Assembly (NCBI GenBank): GCA_016903655.1
Contig: JADQBC010000001.1
Location: 13,371 to 77,370, forward strand
Reading direction: 5' to 3'
DNA from: Gomphosphaeria aponina SAG 52.96 = DSM 107014
Lineage (GTDB): Bacteria > Cyanobacteriota > Cyanobacteriia > Cyanobacteriales > Gomphosphaeriaceae
DNA length: 64,000 nt
Shown: piece after piece, positions 10,092-20,566 of the stretch
How the letters are laid out: each line of letters begins with the position of its first letter
Numbering within the stretch: position 1 is the stretch's first letter
Program-made: the position numbers and the translations under genes
Notes under the pieces: model-generated
Database searches by the model: none
What the model was told of the DNA's origin: nothing
Seen by the model: only the letters and a program-made list of their open reading frames with translations

Positions 10092-12014
10092 GTGTCTTTT
10101 AGCACCCTTGAGAAACAAGAAGAATTGAAAAAGAAATTAGAACCTGTAGCTCGCTTTTCCCTGGGAGTTGCCAAGGTAGCTGGGGGAACCATCCTGGGGC
10201 TGAGTATGTTAGTGACTACAGTTGTGGCAGGAGGAGTAGTGGGTTTAGCCCTCAGCTTTCGTAACCTGCCCGATGTGAGGATACTGCGAAGTTATGTACC
10301 GACAGAAACCAGCTATATTTATGACGTTAAAGGAAGGCTCCTCACCAGTCTTCATGGAGAAGCTCATCGGAAAGTAGTCAAACTCGATGATATTTCACCC
10401 CAATTGAAACAAGCCGTAATTGCTGTAGAAGACAGTCACTTTTATCAACATGATGGCATTTATCCTAATAGTATTGCGCGGGCCTTTTTGGTTAACTGGC
10501 AACAAGGGGGAGTATCTCAAGGTGCTTCAACTTTAACCATGCAGCTTGTGAAAAATCTCTTCCTCTCCCGTGAGCGAGTATTTACGCGCAAACTAGCTGA
10601 AGCAGTGCTAGCAATTAGAGTAGAACAAATATTTACCAAAGACGAAATTTTAGAAATGTACCTCAATAACATTTATTGGGGTCACAACAGTTATGGAGTA
10701 GAAATTGCAGCAGAAAGCTACTTCAACAAATCAGCTTCTGAATTAACCTTAGCAGAAGCAACCATGATGGCGGGATTAATCCAAGCCCCAGAACAATACA
10801 GTCCATTTATCAACTACAAAGAAACAAAAGAACGGCAAGCAGTTGTACTGAAGCGAATGGAAGAGTTGGGTTGGATCACTGCACCAGAAGCAGAAGCAGC
10901 TTTTAAAGAACCTTTGTTAGTAGCCAAACCTACTGCGTGGCAAAATAGCAAAGCTCCTTATGTTACAGATTTGGTAATTGAGCAATTAAATGAGATATTT
11001 GGGCCAGAAGCAGTGCTGAAAGGAGGAATACGGGTTCAGACCACCGTTGACTATAATTTACAGCAAATGGCACAAGCAGTGGTGCAAAAAGAACATAAAA
11101 ATTTGCTCAATCAAGGAGTTGATGCTGATCAAGTAGCCTTAGTAGCTGTAGATCCGCGCACTCATTTTGTTAAAGCTGTTGTAGGCGGTGTAGATTACAA
11201 TAAAAGTAAGTTTAACCGAGCTACCCAGTCAAGGCGACAGCCAGGGTCTTCTTTTAAGCCCTTCGTTTATTATACAGCTTTTGCTTCTGGAAAATATACA
11301 CCAGCATCGCTCATTGAGGATCGTGAGGTCAAATATCGCGATGGTGACAACTATTATATTCCGCAAAACTATGGCGGGAAGTTTTTAGGCCAGATGAACC
11401 TGACAGAAGCATTAATTCAATCCCGTAACATTCCTGCCATAGAACTTGGGCAAGCAGTAGGCTTAGATAAAGTTATTGCCGCTACTCGTGCTGTTGGTAT
11501 CAAAAGTCCCCTAGAAGCAGTGGTATCTCTACCTTTAGGCTCTATGGGGGTGACACCCTTAGAAATGGCAGGGGCTTATGCCACTTTTGCCAGTAATGGT
11601 TGGCATTGTGAACCAACCATGATTTTAAGAGTTACCGATAGCAGCGGCAAAGTTTTAATTGACAATACACCTCAACCCAAGCTAGTTTTAAATCCCTGGG
11701 CAACTGCTACCCTGACCTCTGAGTTACAAAAGGTAATTGAAAGCGGTACGGGAAGAAAAGCTAAAATTGATCGCCAGGCGGCGGGGAAAACAGGAACTAC
11801 CAACTCAGAGCGAGATGTGTGGTTTGTGGGGTATGTTCCCCAACTAGCAACAGCAGTTTGGGTAGGTAACGATGACTACAGACCCATAGGCAAAGGCATT
11901 ACGGGAGGCGACCACGCTGCCCCCATTTGGCGGGCCTTTATGCTAGAAGCACTCAAAAATGAGCCTGTAGAAGAATTTACAGCGCCATCAGCTTTCTCTA
12001 GGCCTCAGCCTTGA
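10092..12014 (+). CDS. Class A penicillin-binding protein (transglycosylase/transpeptidase)
   Basis: 640 aa with a GTG start, an N-terminal TM segment, GT51 motifs (EDSHFYQHDG, GASTLTMQ), and transpeptidase motifs SSFKP and KTGTT. Confidence 0.9.
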   Translation: MSFSTLEKQEELKKKLEPVARFSLGVAKVAGGTILGLSMLVTTVVAGGVVGLALSFRNLPDVRILRSYVPTETSYIYDVKGRLLTSLHGEAHRKVVKLDDISPQLKQAVIAVEDSHFYQHDGIYPNSIARAFLVNWQQGGVSQGASTLTMQLVKNLFLSRERVFTRKLAEAVLAIRVEQIFTKDEILEMYLNNIYWGHNSYGVEIAAESYFNKSASELTLAEATMMAGLIQAPEQYSPFINYKETKERQAVVLKRMEELGWITAPEAEAAFKEPLLVAKPTAWQNSKAPYVTDLVIEQLNEIFGPEAVLKGGIRVQTTVDYNLQQMAQAVVQKEHKNLLNQGVDADQVALVAVDPRTHFVKAVVGGVDYNKSKFNRATQSRRQPGSSFKPFVYYTAFASGKYTPASLIEDREVKYRDGDNYYIPQNYGGKFLGQMNLTEALIQSRNIPAIELGQAVGLDKVIAATRAVGIKSPLEAVVSLPLGSMGVTPLEMAGAYATFASNGWHCEPTMILRVTDSSGKVLIDNTPQPKLVLNPWATATLTSELQKVIESGTGRKAKIDRQAAGKTGTTNSERDVWFVGYVPQLATAVWVGNDDYRPIGKGITGGDHAAPIWRAFMLEALKNEPVEEFTAPSAFSRPQP

Positions 12015-12332
12015 TTAATTTTCAATTTCTGATTTCATGCGCTCTAGTGTCAAGTGCATTTGGTCAAACATTTGCTGAGGAGTAATGCCAACCTGACTAA
12101 GTTGAGTTTTGAGCTGCTCGATGGTCATTTTTGCCATAAAATCTTCTGAAAGTTCAAAGCGCTTCATAAATATTTTGTAGCGCTCCATGAGAGCTTCCAT
12201 TTTTTCGATAAAAATTTTTTTCCCTTCTCGGTCAAATTTCCCATACTCCCCCCCCAACTGCGTTAGGGATTGATAATCTTCAAATAATTGTTTGGCTTCT
12301 TGCTGGACCACCTCAGAATCAAAAAATCCCAT
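12015..12332 (-). CDS. Small conserved cyanobacterial protein (DUF1825-like, from memory)
   Basis: 105-aa helical acidic protein beginning MGFFDSEVVQQEAKQLFEDYQ. The family assignment is from recollection only. Confidence 0.55.
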   Translation of the reverse strand: MGFFDSEVVQQEAKQLFEDYQSLTQLGGEYGKFDREGKKIFIEKMEALMERYKIFMKRFELSEDFMAKMTIEQLKTQLSQVGITPQQMFDQMHLTLERMKSEIEN

Positions 12333-12446
12333 CGCTTTCTACCCAGTTTAATGATATCTATAGTAATCTTATTTTAAATGAGTGGAAAGTTGCTTTAACA
12401 TACGGAAAACCGTATTTTTAGTTGGCGTAATTAATAGAATTGAGAG

Positions 12447-12833
12447 TTGATCAAAGTGTGGGAAAACTTTCTTAATCAGCAAAAAAGTCGTAGGATTGCT
12501 GTAGTTTTAGCTCTGCTAGGTACGGTGACTCCCCTCGCGGGTATCCACAAATTTTATTTGGGACAACCTTTATGGGGGATTCTCTATTTTATTTTAAACT
12601 GGTCAACTCCCATGGCTCAAATTGCTTGTGCTATTGAAGCTGTTTGGTTTTTTGTGCAAGACTTGGAGCAGTTTAATGTTCGCTTTAATGACCAGTTAGC
12701 AGGTTCTCGGGGAGTTGCAGTAAAAGATATTGCTACTGCTGTCAGGGAATTAGACCAATTACGTTTAGATGGTTTAATTTCTGAATATGAATTTGAACAA
12801 AAGCGTCGTCAATTAATTGACCGTATTTCTTGA
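12447..12833 (+). CDS. TM2-domain membrane protein with SHOCT-like C-terminus
   Basis: Two TM helices (GIHKFYLGQPLWGILYFIL) and a C-terminal DGLISEYEFEQKRRQLIDRI. The start is non-ATG (TTG or GTG). Confidence 0.55.
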   Translation: MIKVWENFLNQQKSRRIAVVLALLGTVTPLAGIHKFYLGQPLWGILYFILNWSTPMAQIACAIEAVWFFVQDLEQFNVRFNDQLAGSRGVAVKDIATAVRELDQLRLDGLISEYEFEQKRRQLIDRIS

Positions 12834-13351
12834 GAGTTATGTGGTTTTTGAGAAAAAATCTGCCCGAAAAGCTGCTGCAAAATCCCTATTGTCGGTTAGA
12901 GTCAATGGCAGAAATAGAGATGGCTGCTGCATTAGGGATGAGGATAGATGTTAATCAAGCTAGTGTGGATGACTGGTTGAGGTTGCCAGGTATTTCTATC
13001 CATCAAGCGCGATCGCTTGTGGAACTTATCGGTATGGGAGTGCAGTTACTCTGTCTCGAAGACCTAGCAGCAGCTTTGAGTATGCCAGTGGGAAGAGTTA
13101 AACCCTGGGAACCTGTGTTGGATTTTTCTTACTACGACCCCGCAAGTATGTTAACTCCCCACAAGATTAATCCGAATACTGCATCGAAGCAAGAACTCGC
13201 AGAAATTCCCCTGCTCAATCTGACTATAGCCAGTATGATTGTGGAAAATAGAATTGAAAATGGGGTTTATCTCAATTTAGCTGATTTACAGCGTCGTCTA
13301 GGTTTTAGCAGTGATCTAATTTCCCAATTGCTACACTATTTAAAGTTTTAA
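12830..13351 (+). CDS. ComEA-like helix-hairpin-helix DNA-binding protein
   Basis: Two HhH-type segments (VNQASVDDWLRLPGISIHQARSLVE and INPNTASKQELAEIPLL). The start may be the ATG at 12839. Confidence 0.5.
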   Translation: MRVMWFLRKNLPEKLLQNPYCRLESMAEIEMAAALGMRIDVNQASVDDWLRLPGISIHQARSLVELIGMGVQLLCLEDLAAALSMPVGRVKPWEPVLDFSYYDPASMLTPHKINPNTASKQELAEIPLLNLTIASMIVENRIENGVYLNLADLQRRLGFSSDLISQLLHYLKF

Positions 13352-13551
13352 TAGACCAATGAGCAAAAGTCCAAACATTAATTTCGCTCTTAGCTCTATT
13401 ATGTTATATGTCAGAATTATTATGCTTGAGCGCCCACTCCCTAGTAATTGGTCATTAGTTATAATGTTCGATGCTGGATAATTAAGCATTGCTCATTGAA
13501 CCTGTAGTAAAAAAATCAAGTCCATAACTAAAATCAAAAAAAATACTAACC

Positions 13552-15033
13552 ATGAAACTAAAAATCAAGCATTGGCTATCATTGGTGCTCATTGGAGTAA
13601 TCTTTTGGTTAGGCTTACTTAGTCTGCGACCAGCCACCAGTCTAGCAGAAGAAACAGAAGTACTCCATGTAATCAACCGTCTCAGTTTTGGGCCTCGTCC
13701 TGGGGACATAGAAATGGTAAAATCTCAGGGAATAGATGCTTATATTCAAGCCCAACTTGCTCCTGATTCTATCCCAGAACTACCACAACTGACTCAAGAA
13801 CTCAGTAAATGGGAAGCGCTACAATTAACTCCTGTAGAGTTATTTACCAAATATGGCCCACTGGAAAAAAAGAACGGCCAGGAACCATCCCTCGAAGCTC
13901 AGAAAAAGCAGCAGCAAGAAATGACAAGAATCAGACAGGAGGCAGTCAATGCCCGTTTATGGAGGGCGATCGCCAGTGGGCGTCAACTTCAGGAAGTAAT
14001 GGTGGACTTCTGGTTTAACCATTTTAATGTTGCCCTCTTTAAAGGCCCTCAAACTCAACTATGGATGGGAAATTACGAGGAGCAAATTAGAAAACATTCA
14101 TTAGGAAATTTTAGGGAATTATTAGGAGCAACCGCCCATCATCCTTCCATGCTATTTTATCTCGATAATTGGCGCAATACTGCCCCAGATAGTCCAGGAG
14201 CAAAAGGTCAGTTTCAAGGGTTAAATGAAAATTATGCCAGGGAATTAATGGAACTGCATACCCTCGGAGTTGATGGCGGCTACACTCAGGAGGATGTGAT
14301 TGAACTTGCACGCATTTTAACGGGTTGGGGAATAGCTCCTCGTGGGGGTAAGGGCGATGGGAAAAGCGGTTTTTATTTTGATGAGCAGCGTCACGATTTT
14401 GGCGATAAGGTATTCTTGGGAACTACCATTCAAGCTAGTGGTATGGCTGAAGTTGAACAAGCTTTAGATATTCTGGCAGCCCATCCTCACACTGCCCATT
14501 TCATTAGTTATAAACTAGCTCAATACTTTGTGGCTGATGAACCTCCTGCTAGTTTAGTTGATGCTCTCGCACAAAGTTTCCAAGATACTAATGGAGATAT
14601 TCGTGCAGTTATGGAAACTCTGTTTACCAGCCAGGAATTTTCTGACCCTCAATACTATAACAACAAGTTTAAAACTCCTTATCAATATGTGATTTCTGTA
14701 ATGCGAGTGTCCGATACCAAGCAGCCCAAACTGGCACGGCTAAACGGTATCCTGATCCAAATGGGAATGCCAACCTATGGATGTATAACTCCAGATGGGT
14801 ATAAAAATACCCAGGCAGCCTGGTTAAATCCCGATGCCATGTTACGTCGCTTGAGTTTTGGTACTGCTATAGCTAATGGTAGTTGGGATAAGCGCCAGCC
14901 TTTAGATCCTGCGCAACTGAGCAAAACTTTGGGGAATAAGTTTTCTGGGGAAACAAAACAAGTAATTGAAACCAGTCCCCCAAACTTACAAGCGGGTTTG
15001 CTCCTGGGTACAAAAGAAATGATGTATCGTTAA
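13552..15033 (+). CDS. DUF1800 family protein
   Basis: 493 aa with a signal/TM segment. The motifs FWFNHFNV and ELHTLGVDGGYTQEDV are typical, and it is paired with DUF1501 as usual. Confidence 0.8.
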   Translation: MKLKIKHWLSLVLIGVIFWLGLLSLRPATSLAEETEVLHVINRLSFGPRPGDIEMVKSQGIDAYIQAQLAPDSIPELPQLTQELSKWEALQLTPVELFTKYGPLEKKNGQEPSLEAQKKQQQEMTRIRQEAVNARLWRAIASGRQLQEVMVDFWFNHFNVALFKGPQTQLWMGNYEEQIRKHSLGNFRELLGATAHHPSMLFYLDNWRNTAPDSPGAKGQFQGLNENYARELMELHTLGVDGGYTQEDVIELARILTGWGIAPRGGKGDGKSGFYFDEQRHDFGDKVFLGTTIQASGMAEVEQALDILAAHPHTAHFISYKLAQYFVADEPPASLVDALAQSFQDTNGDIRAVMETLFTSQEFSDPQYYNNKFKTPYQYVISVMRVSDTKQPKLARLNGILIQMGMPTYGCITPDGYKNTQAAWLNPDAMLRRLSFGTAIANGSWDKRQPLDPAQLSKTLGNKFSGETKQVIETSPPNLQAGLLLGTKEMMYR

Positions 15034-15052
15034 TGAATAGGAATCGCACATA

Positions 15053-16273
15053 ATGAAAAGACGCAAATTATTACAATATGCAGGCCTGTTAACAGCAGCC
15101 AGTTTGATTCCCATTGGGATGAATGGTTGGGCATTTCGCAGTGTAGCTCAAACGAATAACCCCAAACGCTTGATTGTTATTTTCCTTCGGGGTGGAGTAG
15201 ATGGGCTGAATGTAGTCGTCCCCCACCAAGAGGCAGATTACTATGAAGCACGCCCTTCCATTGCTTTACCTAAACCTGGGGAAAAAGATGGGGTTTTGGA
15301 TCTTGATGGTCAATTTGGCTTAAATCCTGCATTAAAAGACATTATGCCATTATGGAAGCAGGGGAGTTTAGCTTTTGTCCATGCTTGTGGTTCTCCAGAC
15401 TTCACGCGCTCCCATTTTGATGCTCAGGATTACATGGAAACAGGCACTCCTGGGGTTAAAAAAACTCAAGATGGTTGGATGAACAGACTTTTGGCGGTTT
15501 TGCCTCAAGGGGAAATTACTCAGGCAATAAATTTGGGGGATACTCCCCCAAGAATATTAATGGGAAAAATGCCTGTTACGCAGTTAGCCACAGGAAAAAA
15601 GGGAACTGTACCTTTACCTTTGGATCAGCCTCAGATTAATGAAGCTTTTGACCGTTTATATAGTGGGAATGATCCTGTGAGTTTAGCTTATCAGGAAGGA
15701 GATCAGGCAAGGCAAATTTTGTTGGCTGACCTAACCTCGGAAATGAAAGAAGCTAATAAAGGAGACCCACTCCCTGATAATTTTGCTAGTGATGCTCGCA
15801 GGTTGGCAAAATTAATGGTAGGGGATGCTCGCACTCAGTTAGGTTTTATTGGTTTAGGTGGTTGGGATTCTCATGTGAATGAGAATGCTTTGTTAACTAG
15901 ACTGCTCCTGCCTTTGGGTGAGGGTTTAGCCGCTCTCGCTCAAGAGTTGGGTCCGCTGTACTCAGATACTGTTATTATGGTAATATCAGAATTTGGCCGT
16001 ACCGTGGGGGAAAATGGTAATAATGGGACTGATCACGGACATGGTAATGTGATGTGGGTGTTAGGTGGGGGTATTCGGGGCACTCAGGTTTATGGAGCTT
16101 GGCCAGGTTTAGCTGAGTCTCAACTTTATGAAAGTCGCGATCTGGCTATTACTACTGATTTCCGCGATGCGATCGCCCCAGTGTTAACCCAACACCTGCA
16201 AATTTCCCCAGCTCAACTCTCTCAGGTTTTCCCTGGCTATACTTTTCAAACTAGCCCCAATTTTCTGGGATAG
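15053..16273 (+). CDS. DUF1501 family (sulfatase-fold) protein with Tat-like signal
   Basis: 406 aa with N-terminal RRKLLQYAGLLTAASL and a GTDHGHG motif. It lies immediately downstream of DUF1800. Confidence 0.85.
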   Translation: MKRRKLLQYAGLLTAASLIPIGMNGWAFRSVAQTNNPKRLIVIFLRGGVDGLNVVVPHQEADYYEARPSIALPKPGEKDGVLDLDGQFGLNPALKDIMPLWKQGSLAFVHACGSPDFTRSHFDAQDYMETGTPGVKKTQDGWMNRLLAVLPQGEITQAINLGDTPPRILMGKMPVTQLATGKKGTVPLPLDQPQINEAFDRLYSGNDPVSLAYQEGDQARQILLADLTSEMKEANKGDPLPDNFASDARRLAKLMVGDARTQLGFIGLGGWDSHVNENALLTRLLLPLGEGLAALAQELGPLYSDTVIMVISEFGRTVGENGNNGTDHGHGNVMWVLGGGIRGTQVYGAWPGLAESQLYESRDLAITTDFRDAIAPVLTQHLQISPAQLSQVFPGYTFQTSPNFLG

Positions 16274-16313
16274 CATAATCTGGGGGTTTGGTCGCCAAAC
16301 CCCCAGATTATGC
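16273..16313. terminator. 41-bp perfect palindrome bridging two convergent stop codons (bidirectional terminator candidate)
   Basis: GCATAATCTGGGGGTTTGG tcg CCAAACCCCCAGATTATGC, a 19-bp stem with a 3-nt loop. It spans exactly from the TAG of the DUF1501 gene to the stop of comB. Confidence 0.7.
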
Positions 16314-17032
16314 TAATGACTCACCAGAATACCAGGTTCTTTTTGCAGCGGCAAAATAGAAAGAGTATCTAGTGCAGCACAATATTTGAGATCAGCATGA
16401 CAATTTAAACGTAAAAGACGCTGACCATGACTAGACTGGTGAAATAACTCCAGTAAATTATTTTGCCACTGAGCAAAAAGAGCGATCGCTGCAATTACCT
16501 CATCATTAGCTACAGTATAACCAGCATCCACTAGCGCCAGGGCGATCGCCCCTGCACAAACCGTATCTTCGAGGGAATAACCCCCTTCCCAACCTGATCC
16601 GAGTAACCAAACAGTCTCAGGTTGTTGTTTAATGAGATAATTAACCGCAGATTGACGATTAATTAAAGCAGCAGTAATCACAACCTGGGCATTTTCTACC
16701 CGTTGTAACGCTCGAGTACCATTAGTAGTACTAAGAAATAAACGTCGCCCTTGCATTAACTCTGGGGTACAATCTAGGGGAGAATTACCTAAGTCGCAAC
16801 TAGGCACTTTGGCACCGCCTCTTTCCCCTGCCCGCAAACGCAGATCAGCAGGCCAACTCTCACTCACCTCCATCAACTTATCAATGTTACTAAAAGCTTG
16901 AACTGCTTCAGCCCCAGCATTTAAAGCAGTGGCGATGGTGGTTGTGGCCCGCAAAACATCGATCACCACAGCACAATCAGGTAAGCTGTTAGCAGGAGTC
17001 AATTCGGGAGTATGATAGACAAAAATTTCCAC
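16313..17032 (-). CDS. comB: 2-phosphosulfolactate phosphatase family protein
   Basis: 239 aa with the family-typical [11 protein letters not shown] and TTNGTRAL motifs. Confidence 0.85.
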   Translation of the reverse strand: MEIFVYHTPELTPANSLPDCAVVIDVLRATTTIATALNAGAEAVQAFSNIDKLMEVSESWPADLRLRAGERGGAKVPSCDLGNSPLDCTPELMQGRRLFLSTTNGTRALQRVENAQVVITAALINRQSAVNYLIKQQPETVWLLGSGWEGGYSLEDTVCAGAIALALVDAGYTVANDEVIAAIALFAQWQNNLLELFHQSSHGQRLLRLNCHADLKYCAALDTLSILPLQKEPGILVSH

Positions 17033-17175
17033 GCTTTGAGCAAATTTAAAATAGAGTTACGAAATTCTATAGTACGGTTCAATGTGTAAATAGGGAATAG
17101 TTTTTTGTTGAGTTGATGAAATCTAAAAAATGGTCGGAAAGTCTTATGTAAAATGGGAGAAAAGGAGTAAGGGCT

Positions 17176-18555
17176 GTGAGCAGGAATAGCAGAGTAAAAT
17201 TCAACTTGGCCCGCTTAATTCTTGGTGGTATAGCTATAATAATACCATTGAACCTGATGCCATTGGCTGATGCACAAACTATCAAATTGGATTACAAACA
17301 AAACAGGGAACAGGCAATTGTTCTTCATGTTAACTCAGCTCAAGGAGATGATGGTCAAGGCAAGGGAACGGAAAGCCTACCTTTAAAAACTATTACCCAC
17401 GCCTTAAAAATTGCTCAACCAAAAACAGTAATTATGCTAGCCCCAGGAATTTATAGTGTGGAGACTGGGGAAGAGTTTCCGCTTTATCTTCAGACAGAGG
17501 TGACTATTCAGGGCAGTCCTGCTAGCTTAGGTCATAATATTATTATTCAGGGAGGTGGGTTATTTGTTATTGGACCTGTAAAAAGTCAAAATGTGACCAT
17601 CGCTGCTCTTGAGCGCGCCCGAGGAATAACAGGCATCACTGTAATTAATCCTGATCCTCGTGGTTATGGTTTGTGGATTGAATCTGCTAATCCTCATATA
17701 ACTCATAATACTTTTACTCGCAATGGGAGCATCGGTGTGGCTGTCAATGGCAAAGGTGCGCCCACTATTGCTCATAACTATTTTTATAATAATGGTGGGA
17801 ATGGATTGGTAATTTATGGTCATGCCCAACCACAAGTAACAGATAATGAATTTGAAAATACAGGGTTTGGCATTAGTGTGATGGAAAATGCTGCCCCACT
17901 TTTCCGTGGAAATAAGCTCAAGGGGAATAAAATTGGCATAATTTTAGCAGGAAATGCTCAAGCTATTTTGCGCAATAATATGATTGAAAATTCAACGGAA
18001 AATGGCTTAGTGGCGATCGCTCAATCTGTTGTTGATTTAGGTAGGGTTAATACTCCAGGCGGCAACACATTTCGGGGTAATCGTCTTTTAGATATTAAGA
18101 ATAGCAGCGAAAATCCTATTAATGCTTTTGGCAATGATTTAACTGGCAATACAGAAGGTAATATAAATATTACTAAGCTGGCTTCTGCCTCCACACAGTC
18201 TCCTTCTCCTCGGGCACCCCAGTTTCCTTCAGAAAAGAGTGACATTTCTATCGAAGTTAATGCCCCAGCGAGTATGTCTCCTTTAACAAATAATCCCACA
18301 GAGGAAAGTGAGGGGATAGAAATTTTTGTCCCACCCCCAGAAACCAGCTCATCAATTATGTATCGGGTACTCGTGGCAACTAAAACTAATCAAGATGCGG
18401 AGATGATACGTTTATTGTTTCCCGATGCTTTTTCTACTGTGTATCATGGGCATTCAATGTTACAAGTTGGTTTATTTAGCACTGAGGAGCGAGCTACGGA
18501 AGCTCTCGAAGACTTGAAACTTAACGGTTTTATTGGGATTATTGTTAATAATTAG
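17176..18555 (+). CDS. Secreted right-handed beta-helix (DUF1565/pectate-lyase-fold) protein with SPOR-like C-terminal domain
   Basis: Signal peptide, repeated NxG beta-helix turns (ITHNTFTRNG, IAHNYFYNNGGNG, VTDNEFENTG), and a C-terminal YRVLVAT...LQVGLFSTEERATEALEDLKLNGF. Confidence 0.65.
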   Translation: MSRNSRVKFNLARLILGGIAIIIPLNLMPLADAQTIKLDYKQNREQAIVLHVNSAQGDDGQGKGTESLPLKTITHALKIAQPKTVIMLAPGIYSVETGEEFPLYLQTEVTIQGSPASLGHNIIIQGGGLFVIGPVKSQNVTIAALERARGITGITVINPDPRGYGLWIESANPHITHNTFTRNGSIGVAVNGKGAPTIAHNYFYNNGGNGLVIYGHAQPQVTDNEFENTGFGISVMENAAPLFRGNKLKGNKIGIILAGNAQAILRNNMIENSTENGLVAIAQSVVDLGRVNTPGGNTFRGNRLLDIKNSSENPINAFGNDLTGNTEGNINITKLASASTQSPSPRAPQFPSEKSDISIEVNAPASMSPLTNNPTEESEGIEIFVPPPETSSSIMYRVLVATKTNQDAEMIRLLFPDAFSTVYHGHSMLQVGLFSTEERATEALEDLKLNGFIGIIVNN

Positions 18556-18561
18556 TAGGGG

Positions 18562-18750
18562 GGCGTTGCTGCATTGAGTAATAAATAATGTTCTTGAAAA
18601 TACTACTAGCCAAACTCAAACCCTACTCCCCTCTCCCTACTTTAAGATTTCATACTTCAATGCAGCCACGCCCGCAGACAGGGAGTGGGGAGTGGGTTTG
18701 AGTTAGTATTTTTTTGTAACTGTATAATTGATGAATCAAAAAACCCAACC
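18562..18750. repeat. Composite R1 repeat (one full copy plus one inverted partial copy)
   Basis: GGCGTTGC...ccaaactcaaaccctactcccctctccc...GCCACGCC, followed by the inverted core gggagtggggagtgggtttgagttagta. Confidence 0.6.
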
Positions 18751-18751
18751 C

Positions 18752-20449
18752 CTAGAAAAGATAGATATCATCAGCACCTAGTGCGGGAGCGCCCATTAAA
18801 GTAGCAATTTGCACCTGCTCTACTCCTCCTAACCCATCTTGATCGTAGAATAATGCTCCATTGTTGTAAATAAAACGGTCATTTACCTCAACAGCACCAG
18901 TACCCAGCACAAATTGCTCGCTGGGGAGAACATCACCTGCTACCAGTCCCCCACCAAACTTGCTAGCATTAATACGGATCTGATCTTTACCCAGCTCAAA
19001 GTCTGTGATGATGTCAACTCCATGTTTAGGGAGATTAAAACGAAACCAATCTGCACCAGCACCGCCTGTAAGCTGATCATTACCTTCACTCCCTGTCAGG
19101 CGATCGCTCCGAGCTTTACCGAGAAGAATATCACTGCCCCCTTGCCCTACTAGCCTATCCAAAGCCTTACCGCCATTGAGGGTATCATTGCCCAGATCAC
19201 CAAAGAGCAGGTCTTTTCCTCCTAATCCTTTGATCACATCATTCTCTGCTGTTCCTCTCAAAGTATCGTTTTCTGGTGTTCCTTCAATTGTTCCGTCAAT
19301 GATCTCAGGAGAACCAAATACCACATAACTTCTGCCATCGCTGTATCCCCTCTCAGCTCCGATAATCACATCATCTATGTTATCTCCATTGATATCCCCT
19401 GCATCGCTTACCGAAAACCCCGCCCCTGGAAATGCCGCCTCTCCATTTATTTTAAACCCGTTAGTCCCATCTAAGTCTGCAAGATTAACCTCACTCTCAA
19501 AGTCGCTATCTTTGCCGAATACCACATAACTCTTGCCCACGGACTGTCCATACTTATTTATATTCGCACGATATGCTCCAATAACCACATCGTCTATGTC
19601 ATCCCCATTGATATCCCCTGCACCGCTTACAGAACGACCCGAAAAGTCACCCTCCGCCTCTCCATTTATTTTAAACCCGTTTGTCCCATCTAAGTCTTCA
19701 AGCTCCAGCTCACTCTCAAAATCCTCATCCCCAAATACCACATAACTCTTGCCACTATCTTCACTATTGGGTGCGAGGTTATTGAATGCTCCAATTACAA
19801 TATCATCTATGTCATCTCCATTGATATCCCCTACACTGCTTACAGAATTACCAGAAGAGTCCAAAGTCCCTTCACCGTTGATTTTAAATCCGTTTGTCCC
19901 ATCTAAGTCGTCAAGATTCAGCCTCGGCTCAAAATCCTCATCACCAAATACTACATAAATCCTGCCACCAAGAAATGTCCCATTGGGATCTGCACCAGGT
20001 GCACTTACAAGCAAATCATCAAAACCATCCCCATTGATATCCCCTGCACTACTTACAGAATAGCCTGAGTCGTCATCTTTCGACTCCCCGTTAATTTTAA
20101 ACCCATTAGTACCATCTAAGTCGGCAAGATTAAACTCACTCTCAAAGTCGCTCTCTTTGCCAAATACCACATAACTCTTGCCTTTGCGTCCTCCATTAGA
20201 TGCTCCAATTACAATATCATCTATGTTATCTCCATTGATATCTCCTGCACTGCTTACTGAGTTTATTAGAGGATATTCATAGGTAAAAAACGGCTCATTG
20301 TTGATTTTAAATCCGTTTTTCCCATCCAGGGATGCAAGGTTGATAAATGCCGTATTATTGTTATTAGATTGCTGCCAAACTGAATTGGAACTGATATGAG
20401 GGTTGACAATCTCTTGGTTGGCAAATGGAGTATTAATTGGATATGCCAT
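18752..20449 (-). CDS. FG-GAP (integrin-alpha-like) repeat protein with C-terminal RTX calcium-binding repeats
   Basis: Five to six repeats of LDGTNGFKINGE...SVSSAGDINGDxxDD...YVVFG, then GGxGxD-type nonapeptides (GLGGKDLLFGDLGNDTLNGG...). No signal peptide, so it is T1SS-substrate-like. Confidence 0.85.
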   Translation of the reverse strand: MAYPINTPFANQEIVNPHISSNSVWQQSNNNNTAFINLASLDGKNGFKINNEPFFTYEYPLINSVSSAGDINGDNIDDIVIGASNGGRKGKSYVVFGKESDFESEFNLADLDGTNGFKINGESKDDDSGYSVSSAGDINGDGFDDLLVSAPGADPNGTFLGGRIYVVFGDEDFEPRLNLDDLDGTNGFKINGEGTLDSSGNSVSSVGDINGDDIDDIVIGAFNNLAPNSEDSGKSYVVFGDEDFESELELEDLDGTNGFKINGEAEGDFSGRSVSGAGDINGDDIDDVVIGAYRANINKYGQSVGKSYVVFGKDSDFESEVNLADLDGTNGFKINGEAAFPGAGFSVSDAGDINGDNIDDVIIGAERGYSDGRSYVVFGSPEIIDGTIEGTPENDTLRGTAENDVIKGLGGKDLLFGDLGNDTLNGGKALDRLVGQGGSDILLGKARSDRLTGSEGNDQLTGGAGADWFRFNLPKHGVDIITDFELGKDQIRINASKFGGGLVAGDVLPSEQFVLGTGAVEVNDRFIYNNGALFYDQDGLGGVEQVQIATLMGAPALGADDIYLF

Positions 20450-20566
20450 GTTCTTTTCCTGGTTTTGGTTTTTAATTTGTTTTTCTCACTCTAAACCATT
20501 GTTTGATCTTTGTCAAGTGGGTTGAATGCCTTTTTCAAACTTAGGCAATTATGATCAGTTATTCTC

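Noticed and set aside
19533-19958. Two ~70-aa + ORFs inside the FG-GAP/RTX gene
   Set aside because: They lie antisense to the repeat units of a well-supported gene. The translations are Ser/Pro-rich and of low complexity.
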